A stretch of 64,000 nt of DNA from an uncultured Synergistota bacterium (GCA_964559865.1 CAZLJD010000021.1:57999-121998), one strand, 5' to 3'. Counted from the stretch's first letter, positions 19,891-29,146 are shown. The notes: generated by a model not told the origin, from the sequence alone. Translations and numbers: made by a program.

Positions 19891-20856
19891 GTGCTGTGTC
19901 CAATAAGCATGACACAGCACCTCCAAACAAGCTTTCCACGGGAGGAAACGCCTTTGAGCATAAAAGGAACAATCACTGAAATAAAAAGATTTGCAACTCA
20001 CGACGGGCCCGGCATAAGAACAACCATCTTTCTAAAGGGATGCCCACTGAAGTGCAAGTGGTGCTCCAACCCAGAAACCCAAAAAAAAGACACAGAGCTC
20101 TATTTTATCCGAAGAAGGTGTTCGAATTACGGAAACTGCATTGAAGTCTGCCCCACTAATGCAATAAGTATGGATAAAGAAAACAAAATAAACAGGGAAA
20201 AGTGTATCTTGTGTTTCGAATGCGTAAAGTCATGTCCAAGCAATGCATTTCAAAAGGTAGGCTGGGAAATCACCGTAGAAGAGGCATTTAAAGAGATCAT
20301 GAAGGACTACGACTTTTACGGAGAAGAAGGCGGATTAACGCTGAGCGGAGGGGAACCCTTATATCAACCAGATTTTACTATATCACTGTTGAAAATGTGT
20401 CACGATAGCGGCATATCCACGGTGCTTGACACTTCAGGTTTTGCACCACCAAATATAGTTAAAGAAGCAGTCAAATACACTACCATGGTGCTATTAGATC
20501 TAAAACACATGGACCCTTATATGCATGAAATAGGAACAGGCATAAGCAATACCGTTATACTAAACAATGCTCCTATATTTTCCAAACACACAAATGTAAG
20601 GATATCCTTTCCCCTCATACCCGGATACAATGACAGCGAAGAGAACATAAAAGCCATGGTAAAATTTACAATTTCCTTGGGTATAGAATACATTGATATA
20701 AATCCACTCCACATACTTGGATCGGACAAGTACAGAGCCCTTGATTTAGAGGTTCCTTATGAAGAGTTTAGAAAGCCATCTAAAGGAGAGATAGATAGAG
20801 CGGTATCCATCATAGAAGAAGCAGGGCTAAAGACTACCATTGGTAGAATGCTATAA
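19891..20856 (+). CDS. Glycyl-radical enzyme activating enzyme (radical SAM with two extra ferredoxin-like clusters)
   Basis: Radical SAM motif CPLKCKWC after the ATHDGPGIRTTIFLKGC glycyl-radical-activase signature. Two further clusters follow: CSNYGNCIEVCP and CILCFECVKSCP. The start may be ATG 19909 instead of GTG 19891. Confidence 0.85.
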   Translation: MLCPISMTQHLQTSFPREETPLSIKGTITEIKRFATHDGPGIRTTIFLKGCPLKCKWCSNPETQKKDTELYFIRRRCSNYGNCIEVCPTNAISMDKENKINREKCILCFECVKSCPSNAFQKVGWEITVEEAFKEIMKDYDFYGEEGGLTLSGGEPLYQPDFTISLLKMCHDSGISTVLDTSGFAPPNIVKEAVKYTTMVLLDLKHMDPYMHEIGTGISNTVILNNAPIFSKHTNVRISFPLIPGYNDSEENIKAMVKFTISLGIEYIDINPLHILGSDKYRALDLEVPYEEFRKPSKGEIDRAVSIIEEAGLKTTIGRML

Positions 20857-20878
20857 TTCTATGAAAGGAGGCACAGCT

Positions 20879-22168
20879 ATGGTAGATTTAAGCGTTAACT
20901 TTCTCGGATTTGAACTAAAGAATCCGGTAGGCGTTACATCTTGCGACTTTGGAGGAGAACACAGACTAACAAAGAGGTGTGCTGAACAAGGAATAGGATG
21001 GATAGTCGGAAAGACCGTTCACAAAATCGACGGACCACACCGCTGGCCTCGTCCATACTTCTATTCACTTAGGCGGTTCGGTCCAGACTTAAGAGATGCG
21101 TGGGTATGCAGCCAGATGTTCCACAATATGCCCTATGATGAGTGGTTCGAAAAGGAACTACCAGCTATATTAAAGGTATGCGAAGACTACGATTGTCTAT
21201 TTATAGGCTCGTGCTCTGGCATAGGAGACGATCCAAATACATGGATCCCTATACTCAAAGATATGGAAAACGCAGGTGTAAAAGTTGTAGAGCTCGACAC
21301 AGGGGGACCCCATGCCACATTTGGCGCAGAAGTCTCACAAAAAGATGTTGGTGCCCCATTAGCTCTTGATCCAGAAAAAGCTTATAAGTTAACAAAGGCA
21401 TGCGTTGAAGCTGTCAACATACCCATAATATTCAAGATGACTCCCCAATGCGTTAACATGGCTGCAGTCGCACACGCAGTAGAAAGAGCTGGAGCAGCTG
21501 CAATCTCTGCAAACAACGCTTTTTACGGGTGCTGGATAGACCACGAAACAGGAACATTCTACGGCGTACCAGCATCTATGGGTGCACTCATAGGCAGATC
21601 ATGGCAGTCCGTATCACTTGCAAAAGTAATGGAAATAACAGCTACCGTGAAGATACCAGTTATAGGGATAGGGGGTATCTTTACATACGACGATGTAGCA
21701 AGATATTTAATGGCAGGTTGCAATGTAGCAGGATTGTGCTCATCCGTATATTCCAGAGGTGTAAAAGTCCTCAGTAAGGTAATATCCGAACTCGAAAAGT
21801 GGATGGAAAAGAAGGGATATTCCAACATCAAGGAGTTCCAGGGCAAAGTCGTAAAAGACTTCATGTACTTAAGAGACTGGAATAGAGAAAACCCCATGGC
21901 AGAAAAGACACCCATAATCCCAAAATTTTACAAAGAAAAGTGTACAAAGTGCGGAATTTGTATAGACCTATGCCCTTATGGTGCCTTAACGCTTGATAAG
22001 GAAACGATGAGCGTACCGGAAGTAAATGAAGACTACTGCATGGGTTGTGGATGGTGTCTTGGACACTGCCCAACCAAGGCAATAGAGATGATACACAAGG
22101 CATCCGGTGAAGTCGTATGGAACGGTTACGGGGTAATCAAAGACTGGGTTGGAAAATTAGAAGGTTAG
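20879..22168 (+). CDS. Dihydroorotate/dihydropyrimidine dehydrogenase-like TIM-barrel flavoprotein with C-terminal 2x[4Fe-4S] domain (PreA-like)
   Basis: ATG 20879 with AAAGGAGG SD. N-terminus MVDLSVNFLGFELKNPVG is the DHOD/DPD family 1 signature. C-terminus has CTKCGICIDLCP and CMGCGWCLGHCP. Confidence 0.75.
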   Translation: MVDLSVNFLGFELKNPVGVTSCDFGGEHRLTKRCAEQGIGWIVGKTVHKIDGPHRWPRPYFYSLRRFGPDLRDAWVCSQMFHNMPYDEWFEKELPAILKVCEDYDCLFIGSCSGIGDDPNTWIPILKDMENAGVKVVELDTGGPHATFGAEVSQKDVGAPLALDPEKAYKLTKACVEAVNIPIIFKMTPQCVNMAAVAHAVERAGAAAISANNAFYGCWIDHETGTFYGVPASMGALIGRSWQSVSLAKVMEITATVKIPVIGIGGIFTYDDVARYLMAGCNVAGLCSSVYSRGVKVLSKVISELEKWMEKKGYSNIKEFQGKVVKDFMYLRDWNRENPMAEKTPIIPKFYKEKCTKCGICIDLCPYGALTLDKETMSVPEVNEDYCMGCGWCLGHCPTKAIEMIHKASGEVVWNGYGVIKDWVGKLEG

Positions 22169-22234
22169 TCGTATAATCGTGAGGTGGGGGTGCTTAATTG
22201 TGTACCCCCACAAACCAAGAGGAGATGATCTTAC

Positions 22235-23113
22235 ATGTTTACATCACCGGCAGATGTAAGGGCAAAGTTTGCACAGCGCTACTACATAGTGGACAAAGGT
22301 ACTGCTACAGTAGTCTACATAGCAGTGAAACTACAAAAACCCATCCTCGTCGAGGGGCCAGCCGGTGTGGGGAAAACAGACCTTGCAAGGGTGCTTGCCG
22401 ATGCCACTAACTCAAGGTTAATCAGACTTCAGTGTTATGAAGGTATAGATTCAACCAGTGCTCTGTACGACTGGAACTACCAAAAGCAACTCTTGAGAAT
22501 ATACGCAGACAGAGAGCAAAAAAAAAGCTGGAAAGATGTAAAACAAACCATCTACTCAGAGGAATTCTTACTCCCAAGACCACTCTTAATGGCTATAACA
22601 TCAAAAGAACAAACGGTTTTACTCATAGATGAAATAGACAAAAGCGATGAAGAATTTGAAGCCTTTCTCTTGGAATTCCTATCCGACTATCAGGTAAGCA
22701 TTCCAGAAATAGGGACTGTTAAAGCAAACAATATACCTATAGTGGTACTGACCAGCAACAATGCAAGGGATTTTGGAGATGCACTAAAAAGGAGGTGCAT
22801 ACACCTGTACCTCGACTATCCCCCATTGGAAAGAGAGATGGAGATCGTCAAGCTAAAGGTCCCTGAGATACAAGACCAACTACTCAGAGAGATCACCCAC
22901 TTCGTACAAAAGCTAAGAGAAATGAAACTCAAAAAACCACCAAGTATCGCAGAGACAATAGAATGGGCAAAAACCCTACTGGAGCTGGATGTAGAAAGTT
23001 TGACAGACGACATAGTGAAAGCTACCTCTGGTGTCATACTAAAGTATAGGAGTGATGTGGAAGCGCTGAATTCAATAGATACAAACAGTCTCCTTTCTTC
23101 CATAACCCACTGA
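22235..23113 (+). CDS. MoxR/CoxD-like AAA+ ATPase (AAA_5)
   Basis: 292 aa. Walker A EGPAGVGKTDLARVLA, Walker B LLIDEIDK. Followed by a vWA protein as in coxD-coxE maturation pairs. Confidence 0.8.
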   Translation: MFTSPADVRAKFAQRYYIVDKGTATVVYIAVKLQKPILVEGPAGVGKTDLARVLADATNSRLIRLQCYEGIDSTSALYDWNYQKQLLRIYADREQKKSWKDVKQTIYSEEFLLPRPLLMAITSKEQTVLLIDEIDKSDEEFEAFLLEFLSDYQVSIPEIGTVKANNIPIVVLTSNNARDFGDALKRRCIHLYLDYPPLEREMEIVKLKVPEIQDQLLREITHFVQKLREMKLKKPPSIAETIEWAKTLLELDVESLTDDIVKATSGVILKYRSDVEALNSIDTNSLLSSITH

Positions 23114-23130
23114 GGAGAAGTCAAGAGGTC

Positions 23131-23700
23131 ATGGAAGAAAAGATCATAGAGCGTGTGGTCAAGTTCTGTAGACTTCTTCGGAGATACGGTATAAATATTT
23201 CCTATTCTGAGAGTATGGATGCACTGCGAGCTATATCGGAAGTCGGAATTGACAAAGAAGACTTTTACTATGCTCTTAAGTGCACATTGATAAAGGACGA
23301 AGCCAATGCAAAGGTATTTTACGGACTGTTTCAGCTCTTCTTCAATCCACCAAATAAATCCTCCAAAGCCGAATCAGACAGAGGTGATAGCCTAAACGGA
23401 CTCAAAAATAAAGATCTCCTTCAAGGTGAGACAAAGATGGTAGAAAGTGCCCAAGGCGTTGGAACAAATGCAAATGACAACTTAAACAGCTACTTCAAAG
23501 AGCCCATACACATACTACTGGCAAAAGCGGTAAAGTCTGAAGATTACAAGCTGATGCAATTCATAGCACACAAAGCTGTACAAGACCTCGGTGCAATAGA
23601 CCCCCAAAGGGACGATATAAAAACACTCTTAAAGAAAGCAAAGGAAAACATAGGTTGGGACAAAGCAGTAAGCATCTTGTTCGGGCCAAATACCTTTTAA
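23131..23700 (+). CDS. CoxE-like protein, N-terminal domain. Detached from its vWA domain by an in-frame TAA.
   Basis: 189 aa resembling N-terminal regions of VWA_CoxE family proteins. Ends at TAA 23698-23700. The next ORF is in the same frame 12 nt later. Confidence 0.6.
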   Translation: MEEKIIERVVKFCRLLRRYGINISYSESMDALRAISEVGIDKEDFYYALKCTLIKDEANAKVFYGLFQLFFNPPNKSSKAESDRGDSLNGLKNKDLLQGETKMVESAQGVGTNANDNLNSYFKEPIHILLAKAVKSEDYKLMQFIAHKAVQDLGAIDPQRDDIKTLLKKAKENIGWDKAVSILFGPNTF

Positions 23701-23712
23701 GGAGAAATATCC

Positions 23713-24612
23713 TTGAATCCTGAAGAGAGAAGAAACTCTTTCCAAGATTTTATGAGATGGAATAAAGGATTGCAATATGTAGAAGATCTCATACTCAAAC
23801 TTTTAGTGGAGCTAATGAACGAACGCCAAGCAACCACATCTAAAGAGAACTATCCGTGTAAAACACCTGAAGAAACCGAATGGTACCACTTAGAGAACAT
23901 CAAACTTGAAGACTGGGAAATGGAACAGATGAGAGCAAGGCTATCCGTTCTTGCCAAGAAACTCGCAACCAGATGCTCCCTTAGATTCAAAAGAGCTAAA
24001 AGAGGAAACATAGATATCGGAAAGACACTAAAGCAGGCCTGTCAACAAACTTTCGGAATACCCGTAAAGCTAAAGTACAAGGAAAAGATCATATCAAAGC
24101 CAGAGTTAGTTGTGCTGTGCGATGTCTCTCAATCCGTCGAAATATTTAGCCAGTTTCTACTCGAGTTGCTGTGTGTATTACAGAACAAATTCAGATCCAT
24201 GCGCTCATTTCTATTCATAGACACAGTAGATGAAGTAACCGAATACTTTAAAAAGAAGCGCTGCGAGGATGCCATAAAGGACGCCTTGGAGAACGCAAAA
24301 TATTCCCTAAGACCGTACTCAGATTATGGAAAAGTGTTTAACACATTTGAAAGGGTGTATTTACCCACCATCTCAAAGAAAAGCACCCTAATAATACTCG
24401 GAGATGCAAGAAACAACTACTATCCTGAATCTGGAGAATCACTCAAAAGGATAAGTCAACATGTAAAGCGTGTTTTGTGGGTAAATCCACAGCCAGCAGA
24501 GGAATGGAACAAACAGGACAACATAATGGCTATATTCTCGAGGTGCTGCTCTGCTGTCTTTGAATGCAGAAATCTAAAGCAGCTTACCAGAGTTATAGAA
24601 GAGCTCATATAA
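23713..24612 (+). CDS. CoxE-like von Willebrand factor A domain protein (C-terminal part)
   Basis: 299 aa from TTG 23713 with an AAGGAG SD overlapping the upstream stop. vWA/MIDAS-like LVVLCDVSQSV motif. Confidence 0.65.
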   Translation: MNPEERRNSFQDFMRWNKGLQYVEDLILKLLVELMNERQATTSKENYPCKTPEETEWYHLENIKLEDWEMEQMRARLSVLAKKLATRCSLRFKRAKRGNIDIGKTLKQACQQTFGIPVKLKYKEKIISKPELVVLCDVSQSVEIFSQFLLELLCVLQNKFRSMRSFLFIDTVDEVTEYFKKKRCEDAIKDALENAKYSLRPYSDYGKVFNTFERVYLPTISKKSTLIILGDARNNYYPESGESLKRISQHVKRVLWVNPQPAEEWNKQDNIMAIFSRCCSAVFECRNLKQLTRVIEELI

Positions 24613-24637
24613 CTACAAGAGGATGGGAGGAGTTAAC

Positions 24638-25372
24638 ATGGCAATCAAAAACTGTTTCAGTGTCGTAGGCAATCACAACAGCGGAAAAACCACACTAATA
24701 GAAGAACTAATAAAAGAGCTAAAGACAAGAAACCTCTCCGTATCAACCATAAAACATGCCGTACACTTCAACTTCAATAGTAGCAACAAAGGTGATTCTG
24801 AAAGGTTGTTCCAAGCCGGCAGCAAAACATCTATAGCATTGTTCGAAGACGGAACCCAGCTGTACACATCTCCTACAAAGTTAAGAAGTGCACTCTCTTA
24901 CATCAACAGTGATATCCTAATACTAGAGGGGTTCAAAGGAGAAGCAGTTCCAAACATAGTGAGAGCCAAGAATACACAGGACGCCAAGAAGCTCATAAAT
25001 GAGCTTACAATTGCAATAGTTACAGACGAAGAAGGTAACTTGGAAGATACACCATCATTCAGGCCTCACCAGATAAGAGAGATAACAGAGGTGGCACTAA
25101 AACATTCGTTCCCACCACTCCCACTGTTAGACTGTGGGCACTGTAAGGGTGGAACATGTTTCAAAATGGCATCTATGATACTAAAGGGAGAAGGCTCTAT
25201 AAAGGATTGTGTGGTGCTTCCATCAAAAGTCAGACTAAAGGTAAACAATGTGAGCATCCCCCTAAACCCATTCGTAGAGCAGATCATTACATCTGTCGTC
25301 GGTTCATTGGTAGGCATACTAAAAGATACTACAAAGGAGATGAAAGAGATAGACCTCCACATAAAGCTGTAA
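24638..25372 (+). CDS. MobB-like P-loop protein (molybdopterin-guanine dinucleotide biosynthesis adaptor) with C-terminal Cys-containing extension
   Basis: ATG 24638 with GGGAGGAG SD 5 nt upstream. P-loop VVGNHNSGKTTLIEEL is typical of MobB. The C-terminal 80 aa (DCGHCKGGTCFKMASMILKGEG...) are of unknown family. Confidence 0.6.
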   Translation: MAIKNCFSVVGNHNSGKTTLIEELIKELKTRNLSVSTIKHAVHFNFNSSNKGDSERLFQAGSKTSIALFEDGTQLYTSPTKLRSALSYINSDILILEGFKGEAVPNIVRAKNTQDAKKLINELTIAIVTDEEGNLEDTPSFRPHQIREITEVALKHSFPPLPLLDCGHCKGGTCFKMASMILKGEGSIKDCVVLPSKVRLKVNNVSIPLNPFVEQIITSVVGSLVGILKDTTKEMKEIDLHIKL

Positions 25373-25429
25373 ACTTTGCGACAATAACTGTAAATATATA
25401 CAACTTTACAAAAAAGCAAGAAGTAATAA

Positions 25430-25450
25430 TTTGTTGAAATATTCAACAAA
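25430..25450. promoter_or_regulatory. Perfect palindrome TTTGTTGAA-ATA-TTCAACAAA just upstream of a strong promoter. Candidate operator.
   Basis: Seen directly in the sequence. It shares TTGTTGAAAT with the imperfect palindrome at 32994-33019. Confidence 0.4.
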
Positions 25451-25456
25451 CTTTCC

Positions 25457-25485
25457 TTGACAATGACGGTGAAACCCTATAAAAT
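25457..25485 (+). promoter_or_regulatory. Sigma-70-like promoter
   Basis: TTGACA (25457-25462), then 17 nt, then TAAAAT (25480-25485). A strong SD (AGAAGGAGGT) precedes ATG 25522. Confidence 0.45.
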
Positions 25486-25521
25486 ATTGCTATAATAAAA
25501 CCCCAGAAGGAGGTATGCTAC

Positions 25522-26259
25522 ATGAGGAGAGTTGTTCCCACAAGATTGAGAAAGGACAAGTACACATTCTCCGCAGAAGAATTGGAAGGTATGTTTTCCG
25601 TACCATCGAAGATGCCAAAATGGGAGCCGATGTACACAGAGCTCACACACAGAGATGGCAGTAAACACCAGGTACTAATCAGAGAGATCAAGAAAGAGGA
25701 GATTGACCCAATGCTTGCATTCATCAAAAGGTACACAGAAATCGACTACGACTACTACGACATAGTTTCTGCAAGGGTATATGCAGAGCTACTTGCCATC
25801 AAAAGAAACAGAATGAAAGACGAATACTTCTTCCTTGCACTGGAAAATGGAAGTCCTGTGGGAATAATAAACGGTAGGATCATGAACAAAGATATAAATA
25901 TAAGCCTCCACACAATGGTATTTAAGAGAAGGATTAACGCTGGTCCAATACTTTTCTACGCAAAGTGCTGGTATGCATTCGAAATCTGTGGTCAACAGGA
26001 ATTTTGGGCAACATTCGAAAGTTACAATGGCTGGAGACTTGCAGGTCTCGGCATGGGACTACCCACCTACAAGTGGCCAGATGTCCAACACGAGCTTGGT
26101 GGCGCTAAGGTTTACTATCTCTCACGTGAGATGTGGGAACTAACAATAAGAGACGAGTATCCAGAGCAGGTAGCAAGGGCAAAACTCATGCCTAATCCTC
26201 CAAAAGAGTTAATCGAAGCAAACGAAAAGCTGATAATTCCAGAAGAAATAGAGGTTTAA
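25522..26259 (+). CDS. Uncharacterized conserved 245-aa protein. Paralog of 40979-41716. Family not recognised.
   Basis: Clear coding periodicity, strong promoter and SD, and an intrinsic terminator downstream. High similarity to the second copy across the YYDIV.ARVYAE...NGR.MN.DINISLHTM.FKR...YAKC.Y.FE...QEFWAT.ESYNG...GLGM..P.Y.WPDVQHELGGA.VYY block. Confidence 0.7.
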   Translation: MRRVVPTRLRKDKYTFSAEELEGMFSVPSKMPKWEPMYTELTHRDGSKHQVLIREIKKEEIDPMLAFIKRYTEIDYDYYDIVSARVYAELLAIKRNRMKDEYFFLALENGSPVGIINGRIMNKDINISLHTMVFKRRINAGPILFYAKCWYAFEICGQQEFWATFESYNGWRLAGLGMGLPTYKWPDVQHELGGAKVYYLSREMWELTIRDEYPEQVARAKLMPNPPKELIEANEKLIIPEEIEV

Positions 26260-26274
26260 ATTAAGATAGTTCAA

Positions 26275-26310
26275 GGGGGAGAAGCTTAAGCTTCTCCCCC
26301 TTTTGTTTTT
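26275..26310 (+). terminator. Rho-independent terminator (possibly bidirectional) between convergent genes
   Basis: GGGGGAGAAGC-TTAA-GCTTCTCCCCC is an 11-bp perfect stem. It is followed by TTTTGTTTTT. Confidence 0.7.
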
Positions 26311-28660
26311 ACTCTACTTCTTTCTTTCCCTGTAGAATGGCAAGCGCTACCTTCTCCGCAGTAACAGGCATAGATTTAATTCTGATACCAAGCGCATCCT
26401 CAACAGCATTTGCAACCATAGGAGCAGCAGGTATCATTGTATGCTCAGATATTCCTCTTGCACCAAACGGGCCGTCAGGTTGCGGAACCTCCACTATTAT
26501 AGGTACTATTTCTTTAGGCACATCCATTGCGGTGGGTATCTTGTAGTCAGTAAAGTTAGGGTTCAATACCTTACCCTTATCATCAAATCTCATATCTTCG
26601 TAGAGCACAGTTGCCAAGCCCTGGAGCAGACCACCGTTTATCTGACCCTTCACAAGATCCGGATTTATCGCTTTACCCGCATCTACAGCTTCCACTGCCT
26701 TCAGAACTCTCATCTTGCCAGTTTCCTTGTCTATTTCAAGCACCACGGCACCAGCACCAACCGTGTAGTGCACATTTGGGTGTCCTCCCTGCGAAGTCTC
26801 CGGATCGTCTACCGTAGTCGTAAACTCCGGCATAAATATACCCCTACCAAGGATAGGTCCACCTCTATACGTACCATCATGCGTCTGAATACCGTTTATA
26901 ACGAAGTCCTTAAGCGGCAGTTGAAATTCTGGATCAGTCTTGCACTTTACCTTCTCGTCCTCAAGGTATAATGTCTCCTTCTCGAGGTGATATGCCTGAT
27001 GCACAACCTCAAATATCTGCTCACGGGCGTCTAAGGCTGCCCTCTTAACTGCATTACCGCAGGACCAAGTAACATGAGAAGCAACTGTCTGCCATTCGTA
27101 TGGATTCCTATCCGTATCAGGTAGCTCAACTCTTATCTTCTCAATGGGCACAGAGAGTATCTCGGCAGCGATCTGTGCCATAACTGTCATATACCCCTGC
27201 CCTATCTCCATACCAGACACTACGATGTTTATACTACCATCTTCGCTGAACTTCAGGAATGCAGCAGAAGATGTATTCGGAGGCATAGCAGGTGCCTTCC
27301 AGAATATGGCAAACCCCTTACCAATAACCTTGTTGGGATCCTTCGATTCCTCTTTCTTGCCCCACTCAACCTCCTTGGCTACCTTATCTATGGCTTCTAT
27401 CAAACCATTTGGATTCATAGGTGCACCATAGGCGACAGGGTCTCCCCTTCTAATGGCATTTTTTCTTCTAAACTCAACAGGGTCCATACCTATCATCTTC
27501 GCTACTCTCGTCATATGGGACTCAATAGCAAAATGGGTTTCAGAATATCCAAAACCTCTATATGGACCCGCCGCCGGCTTGTTTGTATATACGCATATAG
27601 AGTCTATCCAGACATTAGGTATCCTGTAAGGACCAGTTGCAGAGAGACCCGCTGCATTCACAACATTTGCCCCATACTCTGCATACGGACCAGCATCCCA
27701 GTAAAGCTCATTCTTCAAGGCAACGATCGTACCATCTTTCTTAACCCCTACTTTTATCTTTGAAACAAGTGCCTGTCTCATATATGTGTTGTAGAACTCC
27801 TGTGCCCTCGTCCACCTAACTTTCACCGGATGCCCCTTCACAACCGTAGCAAGAGCCACAGCAAGTATCTCCATCGAAACCCCAGCCTTACCCCCAAAAC
27901 CGCCACCAACATACGGGACCACAACTCTGATATCTTTGTGGCTTATACCCAATGGTGCTAACGCCTGTGCAAACAGATTTCTCTGAGTATGGGGTGACTG
28001 TGAGCTGGACCACACCGTAATCCTTCCAGAATAATCATAAAGGGCAACAGATATATGCGGTTCTATACAGCAATGAGCATACCTCGGCACCCTGTAAGTG
28101 TCCTCAAATACAAAGTCTGCCTCGGCAAACGCCTTTTCAACATCACCCTTTCTGACTTTTCTCCAATGTGCAATATTTGTGCCCGGCTTCGGGAAGTACC
28201 ACGGCACATGCCAGTAATTGGCAAGGTCAGGATGTATTATTGGAGCATTATCCTTTAATGCCTCCATCTGATCGAGCACATAAGGAAGCTCCTCATATTC
28301 TACCTTCACCAGTTTCGCTGCCTTCTTAGCAGCCTTTGGATTTCTCGCCAGGACAGCCGCCACCTGTTCACCGATAAACCTAACCCTATCCTGTGCAAAG
28401 ACATATCTATCGTGCATATACAAACCAAACCTATAAGGGAAATCCTTACCAGTAACTACCTTAACTACGCCCGGAACCTTCTCTGCTTCAGATGTGTCTA
28501 TGCTCTTTATCAAGGCATGCGGATAAGGACTCTCCACTATCTCTGCGTAAAGGAGATTAGGACCAAAATCCAAATCATCTACATACCTGGCAGCACCTGT
28601 AACCTTATCTCTTTCGTCAAGCCTCGTAAACGACTTACCCACATATTTAAGCTCTTCCAT
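26309..28660 (-). CDS. Molybdenum hydroxylase large (molybdopterin-binding) subunit, xanthine dehydrogenase/CoxL family
   Basis: 783 aa. Ald_Xan_dh_C-type N-terminus and the GGGFGGK signature (YVGGGFGGKAG). Sits in an M-S-L operon. Confidence 0.85.
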   Translation of the reverse strand: MEELKYVGKSFTRLDERDKVTGAARYVDDLDFGPNLLYAEIVESPYPHALIKSIDTSEAEKVPGVVKVVTGKDFPYRFGLYMHDRYVFAQDRVRFIGEQVAAVLARNPKAAKKAAKLVKVEYEELPYVLDQMEALKDNAPIIHPDLANYWHVPWYFPKPGTNIAHWRKVRKGDVEKAFAEADFVFEDTYRVPRYAHCCIEPHISVALYDYSGRITVWSSSQSPHTQRNLFAQALAPLGISHKDIRVVVPYVGGGFGGKAGVSMEILAVALATVVKGHPVKVRWTRAQEFYNTYMRQALVSKIKVGVKKDGTIVALKNELYWDAGPYAEYGANVVNAAGLSATGPYRIPNVWIDSICVYTNKPAAGPYRGFGYSETHFAIESHMTRVAKMIGMDPVEFRRKNAIRRGDPVAYGAPMNPNGLIEAIDKVAKEVEWGKKEESKDPNKVIGKGFAIFWKAPAMPPNTSSAAFLKFSEDGSINIVVSGMEIGQGYMTVMAQIAAEILSVPIEKIRVELPDTDRNPYEWQTVASHVTWSCGNAVKRAALDAREQIFEVVHQAYHLEKETLYLEDEKVKCKTDPEFQLPLKDFVINGIQTHDGTYRGGPILGRGIFMPEFTTTVDDPETSQGGHPNVHYTVGAGAVVLEIDKETGKMRVLKAVEAVDAGKAINPDLVKGQINGGLLQGLATVLYEDMRFDDKGKVLNPNFTDYKIPTAMDVPKEIVPIIVEVPQPDGPFGARGISEHTMIPAAPMVANAVEDALGIRIKSMPVTAEKVALAILQGKKEVE

Positions 28661-28672
28661 CTCGCTCCCCCC

Positions 28673-29134
28673 TTACTGTTTCTTGGATGCGTCGAGTATC
28701 GCTTCAATTATAGATACATATCCGGTACATCTACACAAATTACCTGCTATAGCCTCTTTTACTTCCTCCTCAGTAGGATGCGGATTCTTCTCCAATAGCT
28801 CTGTAGCGGTAAGTGTCATACCAGGGGCACAAAAACCACACTGGAATGAATTGTGTTCTATGAAAGACTCCTGCAACGGCGTAAGCCCATCCTTGGACAG
28901 CCCTTCAAGCGTCACTATCTCTGCTCCATCTACCTCTATAGCAAATATGAGACAACTCCTAACCGACTTTCCGTTGAGTAAAATAGTACACGCACCGCAG
29001 TCACCTCTACCGCAAGCGTACTTAGGTGTCTTCACACCCAATTTCCCCCTTAAGACTTCAAGGAGAATGTCATTGGGTTCTACCTCTACACTCCTCATTT
29101 CGCCATTCAGTTTGAATGTTATCTTCTTCTTCAT
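28673..29134 (-). CDS. Molybdenum hydroxylase small subunit, 2x[2Fe-2S] (CoxS/XdhC-ferredoxin type)
   Basis: 153 aa. Plant-type cluster CGRGDCGACT plus the second cluster CGFCAPGM...CRCTGY. Confidence 0.85.
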   Translation of the reverse strand: MKKKITFKLNGEMRSVEVEPNDILLEVLRGKLGVKTPKYACGRGDCGACTILLNGKSVRSCLIFAIEVDGAEIVTLEGLSKDGLTPLQESFIEHNSFQCGFCAPGMTLTATELLEKNPHPTEEEVKEAIAGNLCRCTGYVSIIEAILDASKKQ

Positions 29135-29146
29135 GGCATATTCCCC

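Noticed and set aside
22184-22211. GC-rich stem (GTGGGGG...CCCCCAC) between the PreA-like gene and coxD-like gene as a terminator
   Set aside because: No U-tract follows. It may simply be structured intergenic sequence, so it is left uncalled.
22235-25372. MoxR AAA+ plus vWA plus P-loop proteins as a defence system
   Set aside because: The CoxD/CoxE/MobB-type set next to a CoxMSL-type molybdenum hydroxylase and XdhC is the standard cofactor-maturation arrangement. A defence role is not needed to explain it.
26309-28660. Selenocysteine (in-frame TGA) in the Mo hydroxylase or elsewhere
   Set aside because: All the large metabolic ORFs read through without internal TGA. Any selenium dependence would be via labile Se, which cannot be judged from sequence.
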